Below are positions 29,721 to 40,631 of a stretch of 64,000 nt of DNA, one piece after another. Each line of letters begins with the position of its first letter. Within the stretch, counting starts at the first letter, position 1. The DNA is from Thermoproteaceae archaeon (lineage in GTDB: Archaea > Thermoproteota > Thermoprotei > Thermoproteales > Thermoproteaceae). A model generated the notes under the pieces. That model was not told the DNA's origin. It made no database searches and was given only the letters and a program-made list of their open reading frames with translations. Location of the stretch: positions 1-64,000 of the forward strand of contig JAJHRB010000002.1 of the NCBI GenBank assembly GCA_020833025.1. The letters run 5' to 3'. A program made the position numbers and the translations under genes.

Positions 29721-30600
29721 GGGAGCTTTCGCCCCTCAGGGCGGGGAGGCGTTTTATTGCCCGGCGTAGTGGGGCGCTGTCTCTCCTCTCTGAAGCCACA
29801 GTTTGTGCGCTTCACGATTCTAGCCCTGCTAGTCCTCTCCGAGTATTAGCTTGCTTCTGCAGATCGGGCATACAGTGCTGTAGAGCTTCTCCTCCTCCCA
29901 GTAGACGCCGTGCCGCGAAAGCAAGTTCTCCAAGTACCCTTGCAAAGCCGTACAGCGTCCTCTGGAGAGGCGTTCCACGCAGCGAGTCGCACTCCGGTTT
30001 ATCGACTAAGACAAAGGGGTTCCCTCCCGTGCCTCCCGGCCATTCTCCTAACCCTCTTAACAACCTTTGCTGCCGTCTGCCGCATCCGCCCCCTCGCTGA
30101 GCCTTTCGTCGTGAGTCCGGCCAACGCGCTGTACACGTTAATCTGTTTTTGCGACAGGCAACCCTGGTTATAAGGCAAGTCTCTACGAGACACCAGCTCT
30201 CTTGCGCGACTCCACTCATTCCCTCCCATTCGGAGGCCTGAACTTCACGGTCTTGATCAGCCTTCCGTCCCAGAAGCGCGCAACTATTCCGTAGAAGCCG
30301 TTTATATCCACGACAACCAGTAGCGGGTCTCTGGGCATCTCGACCCTGCCGATTTTTATGGAGGATGACCTGAACAAATAGCCTGTTTATCTTTTTATCT
30401 TTCTCAACATCGGCGGCGTCACGGCGTCTCTCACCACCTCCACGGCGCCTAGCTCGGCGAAGAGGTCGACGCTCGCTTTAGGGATAATTAATATTTCTAC
30501 CCGGCAACACAACACAGACGTTGAACATCGTCACCACGCCGTAATGCTGGCCTAGGTATTGAGGCGTAGTCGCGTAATTGGGCAATCTAGCTGGAGTACC
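29721..30600 (-). pseudogene. tnpB-like pseudogene with adjoining IS-end hairpin (29721-29749)
   Basis: VVVDINGFYG (RuvC-I), LYSTVCPICRSKL and CTNCG Zn-ribbon, broken by stops and frameshifts. Confidence 0.75.
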
Positions 30601-30642
30601 CCTGCTAAACTACTCTGCGTGTAAACTTGCATAACTTACCAA

Positions 30643-31005
30643 TTACGTCGAGCCTGGACCTAAAAGGCCGCGTTCTCTCAGCCGCCTTCTCACCTCCTCC
30701 ACCTCCCGGCAGGCCGCCTCGCTGCCGGCCCTGCACAGCATGTAGAGCCTGAGGCCCCGCCAGAAGGACTCCGAGGCGAGGAGCGCCGAGATGAACGGTA
30801 TCAGGGAGAGAGCCGGCAGCGCCCACAGCGTGACGAGCGCCAGGGGGCCCAGGAGGGCAAGCATCGCCAGGCTGCAGAGAAGGAAGCGGGCGGGGAAGCC
30901 TCCGCGGCCCCTCGCGACGAGCACGGCCAGCAGGGTGAGGAGCAGCACGCAGGCAGGGCCCACCACGGCGATGAGCTCCGGGACGGTCACCAGACTCAAC
31001 CGCAC
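30643..31005 (-). CDS. Membrane protein
   Basis: Three hydrophobic segments and a charged tail. Confidence 0.65.
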   Translation of the reverse strand: MRLSLVTVPELIAVVGPACVLLLTLLAVLVARGRGGFPARFLLCSLAMLALLGPLALVTLWALPALSLIPFISALLASESFWRGLRLYMLCRAGSEAACREVEEVRRRLRERGLLGPGST

Positions 31006-31178
31006 GGAAGAATAAAAACGTGACGTTCAATCCTCGCGTGACGTTAACCTCCGCCGCCGGCCCCCAGCATTTTGCCTAGCTCCGGCGACGGCGGTCTCGC
31101 TTCCACGTCGCCTAAACGCATCGGCGGAGCACACGCCAGAAGTCTCTGCCGCTAGTCGTTTTTAAAGAGACAAAAGAC

Positions 31179-31971
31179 GTGAACGCGCGTCTCGTCCTCA
31201 GGAACGTCGGGCCGGTTAGCGAGGCGGAGCTCCACCTTTCCGGCGTTGTGCTTCTCTACGGCCCTCACGGCGCTGGGAGGGCCACGGTGGCTAGGGCCGT
31301 CTCTGTGGCGTCAAGGCTTCTGGGGAGGGCTCGGTGGAGGCGAGGAGGCCACCTCGCTTATAAACCGCGGCGCAGAGGGCCGTAATAGAGCTGGGGGAAC
31401 GCGCCATGGAGTTGGCATGGGGCACGTAACTGTGAAGACGGGACAGTACGAGAAGAGGATAGATAGCAACGTCTACGCGGGGGTGGGCGCCGCGTAGATC
31501 CCGTTGATATGGATTAAAGACGGCATGAGGCTCTACGGCACGGAGACAGACGGCGTCTACGCCTTCTCCCGCTTCGTGGAGGAGGTCCTGCCCAACTACG
31601 ACGCGCTGGACGCGGCCTTCGACGCGGTAAACGGCGCGCTGGGGCCGACGGGCTTCCAGCTGGAGCTGTGGGGCGACCCCCACACGCAACAGACCGCCGC
31701 TATCTTCCGCGGGGAAGGCGGCGGGGAATACGGGGGATGCCGTCTCCGAGGCCGTCCTCAAGCTGGCGCAGGCCGCAACCGCCGCCAAGCACATAGGCGC
31801 CATCCTCTTCATAAACGGCGTGGACTTGCTACAAGAGAATACGCCGAACGTCTATTCGTCACGTTGACCAAGCTGGGAGTTCCCACATTGGTGGAAATAC
31901 ATCACGGCGATCTGCTGAAATACGGCGGGCAGTGCTACCTGCTGAAAAACAGTGAAGCCGCATCTTGTTAA
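31179..31971 (+). pseudogene. Frameshifted ABC/AAA-type ATPase
   Basis: LRNVGPVSEAEL...LLYGPHGAGRAT (decayed Walker A); remainder split across frames. Confidence 0.6.
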
Positions 31972-32149
31972 CTCGAATTTCTAACTTAACACAAGGCAAA
32001 AACTCCTCTGCTCGCCCACATAGCGGTTTAAATAGTCGCAATATTTTCCGGACGCGTATTTGCATCACCGCCATCTTCGGCATGACTTAATTCAATGTCT
32101 GAGGAGCTGCATTGTGCTTATTTGGGAAATATGTGTCTGAAAAGCGTAT

Positions 32150-33000
32150 TTACGATCTCGTCCTCACCGGCGGCATCACACGCCAGCCAGAAGAGGGGCA
32201 AGGCGTGATCCTCTTCTCGACACGTTGCTTGTATTCCTCAAAAAGCGGTTTCCCGCCCTCTCCAGGAGGGCTATGGCGTATGCTCTCCTCGTCAATTTTG
32301 TCTATAATCACAGGCCTTACTTTATTAGATAGCGCCTCGTACAAATCCGGCGTGATAGCTCTGCTGCCTGCCGCCATTAAAACACCAAGCCTGCCATATA
32401 GCTCAGTCCTAGCCGCCGACACAAGAGTCGTGGAAACTTCAACAAGAATAAAAAGTAAGTATCGACACGTCATCAAAACCTACGTTTATGGATTCATTCA
32501 GATTTATATTTTTGAAATAAAGTCGCGCTGTGCTGTCGTCTTTGTCTCTGTTGGCGCTTCGGGTATTTTGTGGGGTTGGAAAGACCGCTACATACATACA
32601 ATTAGTCGCGTTCCTAAAAGAGGCTAAGAAGTAGGGGACCTTAGCCTCGGCGTCAAATATCAGCAGGGCGCCGTTGATTGTGGCGTTGATCAACTCGCCG
32701 TGTCCCTCAATCACCAGCCTGGAGTAATTGAAGCCCGTCTCGATGCGCAGAGGAGAGCGGGCCGCGAGCGGCGAGTCCGCGAGGTTCATGGGCTTCGTGG
32801 CGTCTGTGGACGGCGCCGCCCAGCGGCCTCACCGTCCTGCTGCCTACCTTTCGACCTTGTCTAGATCCAGGAAGCTCCCCCGCGTAGTTGTAGCGGGTAC
32901 TTAAACGCGGCCAGATCTCACGACCGTCCAGCGCGGCCGATATGTCGTCGACTACACCTTTGTCCAGGTCTTCTGGCGGGCGCAGCCGAGCACGCAAAGG
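32150..33000 (-). pseudogene. Fragmented hypothetical gene, AT-richer than flanks
   Basis: Protein-like pieces (32150-32476, 32439-32789) in successive frames. Confidence 0.35.
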
Positions 33001-33062
33001 CCTGCGCAGTCCCGGCGCGCATCTTCGCTGCAGTCCAACGACCGCCGCCCGGGGCGGGGGCG

Positions 33063-33602
33063 TCAGTACCGGTGCGGCTCGGCCTCCCCCAGCGCCGCCA
33101 CGCGGAGCCTCTCAATCCCGCCAACGCTCTTTATTATCTCAGCGACAGATCTCGGCACTAGCTCCTCCCACCGCGGGTCTCCCCTGAGCATCAGCTCTCT
33201 CACCCGCGTCGAGCTGTACCTCTCGCGCTGCAGCATTGGCGGCTGCCTGACCTCGTAGCCCGCCTCCTTGAAGAGAAGCGCCACGAAGGGATTGCCGGTG
33301 TAAACCACGCTGAACGGCGGGGCGTAAGACCTCACCCTGCCGATCCACTCTAAGTTGTTCTCAACGTTAGGGACTGGAATCAGCAGCACGCGCGAGAGGT
33401 CAACGCCGCCCTCCCGCAGCGCCTCTCTCAGCATCCAGGTTCTCTCGCCGGCGGTGAACGGGTCCCTGACTATGTAGTTGAACTGCGCCGAGCCCACGAC
33501 CACTACAAGTTCGTCAACCTCGCGCAGGATCTCGCGAATTGCGTGGACGTGTCCCCAGTGGGGCGGCTGGAAGCGCCCCGGGAAGAGCCCGCGCAGCGTC
33601 AC
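33063..33602 (-). CDS. nadM: Nicotinamide-nucleotide adenylyltransferase
   Basis: GRFQPPHWGH, GSAQ, PFTAGER, SSTRVR. Confidence 0.93.
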   Translation of the reverse strand: MTLRGLFPGRFQPPHWGHVHAIREILREVDELVVVVGSAQFNYIVRDPFTAGERTWMLREALREGGVDLSRVLLIPVPNVENNLEWIGRVRSYAPPFSVVYTGNPFVALLFKEAGYEVRQPPMLQRERYSSTRVRELMLRGDPRWEELVPRSVAEIIKSVGGIERLRVAALGEAEPHRY

Positions 33603-33609
33603 GCTGCCC

Positions 33610-35085
33610 TCACATCGTGAATCTCCCGCCGGGGGGGCCGGCGAGCCGCCTGAGCCTCGCCCACCTCCCGTAATACTCTACCAGCCTCCCCGGGTCCTTC
33701 GTGAACAGCTCCCTTATGTCGCCTATGCCTAGGAGTATCATGGCTACTCTGTCGAGGCCCCACCCCCACGCGAGCACCCTGCACTTCCCCACGCCGAGGG
33801 GCTCGGTGACCTCCGGCCTGAAAATGCCCGCGCCGCCGAACTCAACCCACCCCAGCTCCGGGTGCTTGGCGTAAACCTCGACCGAGGGAGACGTGAAGGG
33901 GAAGTAGGCGGGCCTGAACTTCACCTCGCCCATCCCGAGCGCCCTGGCTATCTGCTCGAGCTGTCCGAGTAAGTGCTTGAGCGAGAGGCCGGGTCCGACG
34001 ACTATTCCGTCAAGCTGGTGGAACTCCACGCTGTGCTTCGGGTCCAGCCTCTCCGGGCGGAACACGCGGCCTATCGTGAAGACCTTGTACTCGCCCTCTC
34101 CCCTTTCGGCGAGGGCCCTTATGGTCGTGGCTGTAGTCTGGGTCCTGAGCACTAAGTTCAGGGACTTCTTAGAGTCCCAGGCGTACTTCCACTTCTCCTC
34201 GTGAGCTCTCTTCACCGCCAGCATTATGTCTTCAGGCGGCGCGCTCACGGCGCCGTCCCACTCCACGTAAAATGTGTCGTGAATCTCGCGCGCGGGGTGA
34301 TCTTGCGCCTGGAACAGCGCGTCGAAGTTCCAGAACTCCAGCTCGAGCGCGGGGCCCCTGACCTCCTCGAATCCCAAGCCCACCATGACCTCTCTCACGT
34401 AGTTAAGGAACTCGTGGAAGAAGTGGGGCACGGGCGCCGGGCACTCCGGCGGCTCTGCGGCCAGGTCGAACGGCTTGAGCGCGTACTCGCGCCACCTGCC
34501 CGTGATTATGTCCTCGCTCGTCAGCGCGGTTTTCATCTCCGCCGGCACTACCAGATCTGCAGGCACGGCAGACTTCACGAAAAGCAGCACGCGCTCCCTC
34601 CTCCTCACGAGCTTCCTCCTGATAAACTCCTGAAGGGCCTCCCGCGGCGCCCTCTCTGGCGATTTCAGGTACGCCTGCCTCTCCTCCACCAGCGCCAGCA
34701 GCCTCCTGAGGGTTTCCTCGTCCAGCTCTACGATCCCGCCAGCAGGCCTCACGCCCAGTCTTGCCAGATTAGCCAGGGCGAGCTCCGCCTCGGGGTGCGA
34801 GAGGCCTATAACGCACCTGCCCCCGTTGCACACGGCGCTCTTGAGCAGCTTGTACTCAGGAAGCCCCTCCTCTGCCCTCCTCTTGCCCTCCTCTGTGAGC
34901 TCGTAACTCTCCACCGCCCGCCTCTCCACGCGCAGCAGGCCGCGGGCCCTCCCCTCCTCAACGTATCTCATCAAGCTCTCGCTGCTGGCGCCGACCTCTC
35001 TGGCTATCTCGTCGAGCGGCCTCCACTCCTGGGCCCTCCGCAAGATCTCGTAGAGCGGTCTCGCCACTGCAATGGTGCCGGACAC
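33610..35085 (-). CDS. pheS: Phenylalanine--tRNA ligase alpha subunit
   Basis: FWNFDALFQAQDHPARE, LRTQTT, EFHQLDG, FPFTSPS, WGWGLDR; start trimmed to GTG at 35085. Confidence 0.95.
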   Translation of the reverse strand: MSGTIAVARPLYEILRRAQEWRPLDEIAREVGASSESLMRYVEEGRARGLLRVERRAVESYELTEEGKRRAEEGLPEYKLLKSAVCNGGRCVIGLSHPEAELALANLARLGVRPAGGIVELDEETLRRLLALVEERQAYLKSPERAPREALQEFIRRKLVRRRERVLLFVKSAVPADLVVPAEMKTALTSEDIITGRWREYALKPFDLAAEPPECPAPVPHFFHEFLNYVREVMVGLGFEEVRGPALELEFWNFDALFQAQDHPAREIHDTFYVEWDGAVSAPPEDIMLAVKRAHEEKWKYAWDSKKSLNLVLRTQTTATTIRALAERGEGEYKVFTIGRVFRPERLDPKHSVEFHQLDGIVVGPGLSLKHLLGQLEQIARALGMGEVKFRPAYFPFTSPSVEVYAKHPELGWVEFGGAGIFRPEVTEPLGVGKCRVLAWGWGLDRVAMILLGIGDIRELFTKDPGRLVEYYGRWARLRRLAGPPGGRFTM

Positions 35086-35177
35086 GAGAGGCCGGCACGC
35101 ACTGAAATTTTTAGCATGACCGGCGCGCGGGAGGGTCCCGAAAATTAGTGCGCCCGGCCCGCGCTGTGGCTGGCGCG

Positions 35178-35399
35178 CTACCTGCCGCGCACCAGCGGTA
35201 CGGGGAGCTCCTCCTCTCTCTGGGGCCTGCTCACGATGAATGCCTGCTTGTAAAGCAGGTCGCGGAGCGCGGCCCTTATTGCCTCGCTCCTGTTGGGGAA
35301 GATCCCGCGCCTCACGAGCTCGTCGAGCTCCTCCAGCATTTTCCTGGGCACGTGGACCGATATGAGTGCCATTCTCTCCTTGCTCTTGCTCCTCGGCAT
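35178..35399 (-). CDS. Ribbon-helix-helix (CopG-like) protein
   Basis: LISVHVP...LDELV...NRSEAIRAAL. Confidence 0.88.
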   Translation of the reverse strand: MPRSKSKERMALISVHVPRKMLEELDELVRRGIFPNRSEAIRAALRDLLYKQAFIVSRPQREEELPVPLVRGR

Positions 35400-35455
35400 G
35401 CCCCCGTGGGGACACGGCTAATAAAACATTTCCCGGAATTTGCGAGATTACACCT

Positions 35456-35717
35456 AAAGCCCCGCCGCTCACGGCGGGGTTAGGCCCCTGACGGGGCGGG
35501 TGACCCGCGATGCTGGCCCGGGTAGCCCCGTGACTCCCGCCGGACGGGCGGGCGAAGGCGGCCAGGGGGTGTTGGTGGAATGCTGGGGGAGCTTCCGCCC
35601 CTCAGGGCGGGGAGGAGGCTGTACGGCACTGCGTGCCCGAAGTGCGGGGACAAGATGGAGGAGCTCTCCGGCATGGTCGTGAAGTGCGGGAGCTGCGGCT
35701 TCAGCGCGCCCCACTAG
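35456..35717 (+). mobile_element. About 160-bp hairpin-bounded IS200/605-derived element abutting a tnpB Zn-ribbon fragment
   Basis: Hairpins CCCCGCCGCTCACGGCGGGG and CCGCCCCTCAGGGCGG; 35616-35717 encodes RLYGTACPKCGDKMEEL...VKCGSCG. Confidence 0.65.
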
Positions 35718-36880
35718 GCGCAATTATTAGTACCCAGCGCGCCAGCTTGCTGGCTCTCCTGCCGGGGCCCTCTCTGCGGCTGCCCCACCCCTACTGTATT
35801 TCCTACCCCTATCAGCAGCACGGCGGTGCCCGCCCCGCTGCTGGCGACGAACTCAAGCACCCGCTTTGTTACCTGCTGGACGGCATCGTAAATCTCGCTG
35901 GTCATTGCCGTCATGGCCTCAGACTGCCGCATCTTAACCAAGAAGGCGTAGAGGGGCACCTTATATTTTGTCGCGTGCGTCTCCACGTTGAACTTCTCAA
36001 CCCCGATGCCCCCTATTGCCGCCCCCACGCCTTCTGCTATCTCGCCGGTTTTCTCGCCCTCGAACCTGACGGCCGCGTCGACTGTTACTATGCAGTCCGG
36101 CCTCACCTTAAGCGTTTCGAAAATGTAATGAACGGCCTCGTCGAGCCTCCCGACAGTGCTCCCGGGGCCCTCCGGCTTTATTACAAACAGCCTCCTGCCC
36201 TGATACTCGCACTCCGCTACTACGGTGTCCTTGACGGCTGCGTGATACTTTATGTTAGTGCATTGCAGCAGGATGTTGTAAGCTACAAGCGGCCCGGCGC
36301 TATCGCCTATTGGAACTCCCTTGATAAATGAGCTGACGGCCTCGTTCACAGTATCAGTGAGCTCCTTCAGCAGCGGCAGCAGCATTGTTAGCTGCATGAC
36401 CAGGTAAAATGCCTTGTACTTCTTGGCCAGCCTGTAGTAGTGATCCACGACCTTGTATATCAAGTTCATGTACCTCAGTGCCTCAATTGCCGTTGCGAGG
36501 TTCTTGACGGCAACGCTGCCCTCGACGTACTTGCAGACCTCGCGCTCGTAAGTCTCGAGGTACGTCGTTATTATGTGCTTATACTTTGGGACTACTCCAC
36601 CCGGGTCAAGCGACGTTGGCTCTATGACCGCAAAGTCGATCATCCTCTTGAGCATGTTCTCCAGATCCGGCCTCTGAACTCCCTGCCTCTTCACCCTATC
36701 GAGTGCCGCGAGCACGTTAGTCGACGCGGTATTCAGGAGCTGGCCGAGGTACGTCAGGAATCCGCTGATCTGGTTGAGATACCTCCAGATTTGGAGGTCC
36801 TGGAACATGAATATCAGCGCAAACCATATCAGCGCCGTGATTATATACCACACCGGGTCGTATCCTGCCTGAGCTATCAT
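35714..36880 (-). CDS. DUF1512 family protein
   Basis: PIGDSAGPL, KPEGPGSTVG, TVDAA...EGEKTG, GVGNTVGV. Confidence 0.8.
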   Translation of the reverse strand: MIAQAGYDPVWYIITALIWFALIFMFQDLQIWRYLNQISGFLTYLGQLLNTASTNVLAALDRVKRQGVQRPDLENMLKRMIDFAVIEPTSLDPGGVVPKYKHIITTYLETYEREVCKYVEGSVAVKNLATAIEALRYMNLIYKVVDHYYRLAKKYKAFYLVMQLTMLLPLLKELTDTVNEAVSSFIKGVPIGDSAGPLVAYNILLQCTNIKYHAAVKDTVVAECEYQGRRLFVIKPEGPGSTVGRLDEAVHYIFETLKVRPDCIVTVDAAVRFEGEKTGEIAEGVGAAIGGIGVEKFNVETHATKYKVPLYAFLVKMRQSEAMTAMTSEIYDAVQQVTKRVLEFVASSGAGTAVLLIGVGNTVGVGQPQRGPRQESQQAGALGTNNCA

Positions 36881-37032
36881 TTTATGCCGCGTGCCCTCTA
36901 CATTATAAAGTTTTTGAAGCTCGAAATGTTGCGAGAGCGCCCTCCATAAACTTAAAGTGCAGATATTCCGCACAGAGCGACCGCGCGCGGCGAAGGTCAA
37001 GTTTAGCTGGCGCGCCGCAACGCGGCTATAGA

Positions 37033-37081
37033 TCAGTGATCGAAGGCCCGATCACTGGCTCAGCCGCAATCCCGTCATCAC
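37033..37081 (-). ncRNA. C/D-box sRNA
   Basis: GTGATGA-CGGGATTGCGG-CTGA-GCCA-GTGATCG-GGCCTTCGATCA-CTGA; TATA near 37103-37110. Confidence 0.85.
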
Positions 37082-37111
37082 GCGCCCTCCCGCGCTCCGC
37101 GGAATTTAAGC

Positions 37112-38626
37112 CTAGACCTCGACCACGTCCCGACCGCCAGCCCTCGCCGCCTGCCTACTCCCTCGCTGCAAGAGTGCCGCGGCGAGCGCGCCGAGAGACA
37201 GCGCTGCGAGAAATACCCTCACGAAGCTGGCGCGCGTCATCACCGGCACTCTCACCTCGCTCCCGAGCGCGACGTAAAACCTCGCGCCGTCTATTTCCAC
37301 GACGGCGCTGTTGCCCGCCCTGAGAACTCTCGCGATGCCGCCCTCCCCGCGGAATTTAAGGCTGCCGACGTGAATCCTGAATTCAGGAATCGGGGAGCCC
37401 AGAATATCCGCGACTCTGACCTCAAAGAATAGCGCCGACGTGGATATGTTAATAACAGGGCGCGCCGCGACCGTGTACTCGGCGACCGCCACGCCGTTGT
37501 AGTAGAGCCTCACGTCAACTGGGCTCCCGAGCTGCGTGATATTGGGCTTGACGAGCGCGGCAAACCCGGGCGCGTCTGCGACAACTCTGGGGATCACTAG
37601 GTCGGTGTGCGCGTAAGCAATGCCGTTGCTGAGCAGCGCTGGGTAGCTGTAAGTGCGATTCGCGACCCTCACGTTAATGTAATACGTGACGCCACTAATA
37701 ATGCATGCCCTGACGGGCGTTCCGTCGCTGGCAGTGAGATAGCACCGGTTGACCTCGCGGCCGTCCGCCGTCACTGCAAGCACGCGCCTCACGGCGCTGG
37801 ATGTAATATTGCCGGGAATGCTGTAAGAGAAGAGCGTGTACTCGTCGCCGCTCGCGAGCCTCACTAGAATGCGGAGCGGTCTCTCCAGCGGGTTCAGAAC
37901 AGTGGCGGATCCCTCGCAGTCGCCAACAACCGGCACGCTGATCTGCTCGACTGAAAGACGCGGCCTGCCGGTCACTGTGAGCTGGTCCGGCGCAAACTTG
38001 AGCTCGACGTCTGGAGTCCAGCGCCTGCCGCCCTCGAGCCTGGTGCCCCTCGCGGGAGTGTAAACGTAGTAATCCGGTCTCTCCGAGTCTGCCAGCCTGA
38101 AGTACACTACGTCGACAATCCCGTGCGCGTGCACCTCTGCCCTCTCGTACACAGCGTACTCCTCTAAGTACGCCCCGCGCACGACCTCCGAGCTTACTCT
38201 GTAGGCGTAGCTGCCCCTAACGCTCGGCGGAACTAGAGACCTCACCCTCACAATGGCGCTGCCGTTTATCACGAGCGGGACTCCCCAGTGGGCGTACATG
38301 GACTCCTCCCCCGCGATTGTCACGGGAATTAGCGGGCCCAGACTCCTCCACCTGTCCACCACCAAGTGGAGGAACTCGCCGCACGCAGTACCGCTCACGT
38401 ACTTGGGCGTTGGGTAGCGATCGAGCTCCGGCAGGGATGCCGTCCCGTTGCCATGTATGGCGTAAACCGACGCGACGCCCCACGGCAAGAGCGGGTCGAG
38501 CTGCACGGCGAATTTCGCGCAGCCTCCCAGGTGCACGCTATACGCAAAGGGAATTGAGGCTATTTGAATTGACATTGCAGTTGCATTTACTATCAAAATT
38601 AAAAGCCCCAGCACATGAATGTGCAC
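37112..38626 (-). CDS. Secreted, C-terminally anchored beta-rich protein
   Basis: N-terminal hydrophobic signal and C-terminal TM with basic tail. Confidence 0.75.
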   Translation of the reverse strand: MHIHVLGLLILIVNATAMSIQIASIPFAYSVHLGGCAKFAVQLDPLLPWGVASVYAIHGNGTASLPELDRYPTPKYVSGTACGEFLHLVVDRWRSLGPLIPVTIAGEESMYAHWGVPLVINGSAIVRVRSLVPPSVRGSYAYRVSSEVVRGAYLEEYAVYERAEVHAHGIVDVVYFRLADSERPDYYVYTPARGTRLEGGRRWTPDVELKFAPDQLTVTGRPRLSVEQISVPVVGDCEGSATVLNPLERPLRILVRLASGDEYTLFSYSIPGNITSSAVRRVLAVTADGREVNRCYLTASDGTPVRACIISGVTYYINVRVANRTYSYPALLSNGIAYAHTDLVIPRVVADAPGFAALVKPNITQLGSPVDVRLYYNGVAVAEYTVAARPVINISTSALFFEVRVADILGSPIPEFRIHVGSLKFRGEGGIARVLRAGNSAVVEIDGARFYVALGSEVRVPVMTRASFVRVFLAALSLGALAAALLQRGSRQAARAGGRDVVEV

Positions 38627-38697
38627 GCTGCAGAGGTTAAATATCCATTAGAGAATTTGCTGCGTCACTCCTTAAATTCCCGGGAGCGCTGTCTCGC

Positions 38698-38988
38698 ATG
38701 AGGTGGGCGCTTGCCGCCACCCTGTACTTCATTGGCGTGCTGACGCTGGGACTCTTACTGATGGGGCTAAAGTCGGCGCTTGCGGCCTCGCTAGACTTTG
38801 TGTTCCTGCTCCTCGCCATCATGCTGTTCAGGCTCGCGCTCCGGGATGTGTCACTCGCGCTTGACATCGCCATGGAGGATAAAGAGAGAGCCGAGCTGAG
38901 AATGGTGCAGGTGCTGCTCGTGACGACATTCTGCGTTGCGGCGTGCGTGCTAGCGTACGGCGCCTTGAGCTCGCTTATGGCGCGCTGA
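38698..38988 (+). CDS. Small membrane protein
   Basis: Three TM-like segments. Confidence 0.7.
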   Translation: MRWALAATLYFIGVLTLGLLLMGLKSALAASLDFVFLLLAIMLFRLALRDVSLALDIAMEDKERAELRMVQVLLVTTFCVAACVLAYGALSSLMAR

Positions 38989-38999
38989 CGCTCCCGCGC

Positions 39000-40247
39000 T
39001 CACGCCCTGCCGGCGCCCGGCTTCTCCAGCTTGCTCCGGCACTCCTCGAGCTGCGCCTTTAACTGGGCCAGCATGGCCTCCCTCAGGAGCAGGCTCCGGT
39101 AAAACGCCAGCGTCTCACGCTCCTGCTCCAGCAGTCTCTTGGCCCACTCGTTGAGTTTCTGCTCCTCCTCTATCAGTCTCCGCGCGAATTTCACGAGGTT
39201 GTCCACCAGCTCCACCTCTCTCGTCCTCACGGCCTCCTCCAGCTTCTTCAGCTCCTCCTCCTTCCTCGCAACCGCGCTCTCAAGCGCCTTGTACCTCGCC
39301 TCCAGCTCCTCAAGCTCCCTCTTCCTTCTCTCCGCGCGCTCCTGGAGCTCGGCCAGCTGTCTCTCCCTCTCGCCGAGCTCGGCCAGCTTCCTCTCGGCCT
39401 CCTCCGCCCGCGCCAGCAGCGCCTTGACGCGCTCCTCCTGCTCGCTCAGCTGGCGCTGCTTCACGAGGAGCTCTTGCTCTGTCCTCTTCAGCTCCATCTC
39501 CTTGCGCAAGAGCTCCTCTCTAAGCCTTCTCAGCTCCTCCTCTCTCTGCGCCAGCTCTTGAGTCCTCGCGGCGAGAATTGCCGAGGCGTTTCTGACTTCA
39601 TCAAGCGCGCCCTTGACGGGATCTGCCATCTCGCCGACCTTTCTAATGCTCTCGAGGACGTACGCGAGCTCCCCCTCTCTCTTCTTAACAGCCTCCTCCC
39701 TGCTCCTCAGCTCTGCCTCCTTGTACGCGAGCTCCCTCATCCTCCCCTCGTAGCTCTGGAGTCTTGAGCCCAGGTCCTTGAGCAGCTCCAGCATTGCCGA
39801 GGCGACGGCCCTCAGCTGGTCGCCCTGCTCCTTAATTGCGGACAGCTGTCCGGCCAGGCCCTCGACCTTGCCCACTATTGCGTCGAGTCTCCCGGCAATC
39901 GAGACTACGTTATTCGCCGCGTCTGCAAGCGCCTTTGCCGACAGTACTATTTTCTCTATTGCTGCCGTTGCGTCTATAATCCTCCCGGCCGATGCGTTCA
40001 GCTGCTCGACGAGGCTGCTGAGTCTCGACGCGCCCTCAATGAGATCTCTGGACACTCTGTTAAGCGCCGAGGCGAGCCCCTCCACGGCCCTCTTCACATC
40101 AAGAGAGCCCGACTTGACCTCGGCCAGAACCTGGTTCTTGATCTCGTCCACCCGCGCGGTCAGCGCGGCGAGGCTTGAGGATAGCGCAGACAGCTCCCCG
40201 CTGAGCTTCTTGCCGACGTCCCCGCGCAAGGGCACAAGACGTCTCAC
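39000..40247 (-). CDS. Long coiled-coil protein
   Basis: Continuous heptads; Ala/Ser-rich N-half, Glu/Arg/Lys-rich C-half. Confidence 0.85.
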   Translation of the reverse strand: MRRLVPLRGDVGKKLSGELSALSSSLAALTARVDEIKNQVLAEVKSGSLDVKRAVEGLASALNRVSRDLIEGASRLSSLVEQLNASAGRIIDATAAIEKIVLSAKALADAANNVVSIAGRLDAIVGKVEGLAGQLSAIKEQGDQLRAVASAMLELLKDLGSRLQSYEGRMRELAYKEAELRSREEAVKKREGELAYVLESIRKVGEMADPVKGALDEVRNASAILAARTQELAQREEELRRLREELLRKEMELKRTEQELLVKQRQLSEQEERVKALLARAEEAERKLAELGERERQLAELQERAERRKRELEELEARYKALESAVARKEEELKKLEEAVRTREVELVDNLVKFARRLIEEEQKLNEWAKRLLEQERETLAFYRSLLLREAMLAQLKAQLEECRSKLEKPGAGRA

Positions 40248-40585
40248 TCCGCACTTAAAATTCTCTTAGCCAACAGCTCCTGGAGCGCTGCAAGCCTCTC
40301 GCCGATTGCCGCGCACAGCTCGCCAAGCGCGCTTCTATTCTCCTCCAGCACTGTCCTGAGCGCTGCAATGCCCTCCAGCAGCGCGCTCGCCACGGCGTTA
40401 ATTCTCTCGACAGCCTCGCGCAGCAGAGACGAAAGCGCCTCCGCGTCCGTCGCCTGCGCGGGGCGCTCCGCCAGTCTCCTGCCGAGCTCGGCGATCTCCT
40501 CGCGTGTCCTTGCGACGTCGCTCCTCAGCCTCCTAACCTCTTCGATGAGCTCGGCCAGGTAGTCGTAGTCGAGCCCGCCGGACAT
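40244..40585 (-). CDS. Coiled-coil protein
   Basis: Heptads; stop overlaps start of the next gene. Confidence 0.75.
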   Translation of the reverse strand: MSGGLDYDYLAELIEEVRRLRSDVARTREEIAELGRRLAERPAQATDAEALSSLLREAVERINAVASALLEGIAALRTVLEENRSALGELCAAIGERLAALQELLAKRILSAE

Positions 40586-40631
40586 GCCCCGCGTGGCGCC
40601 TAGTTTATTAAATATCGTGCGGGCGGCGCTC

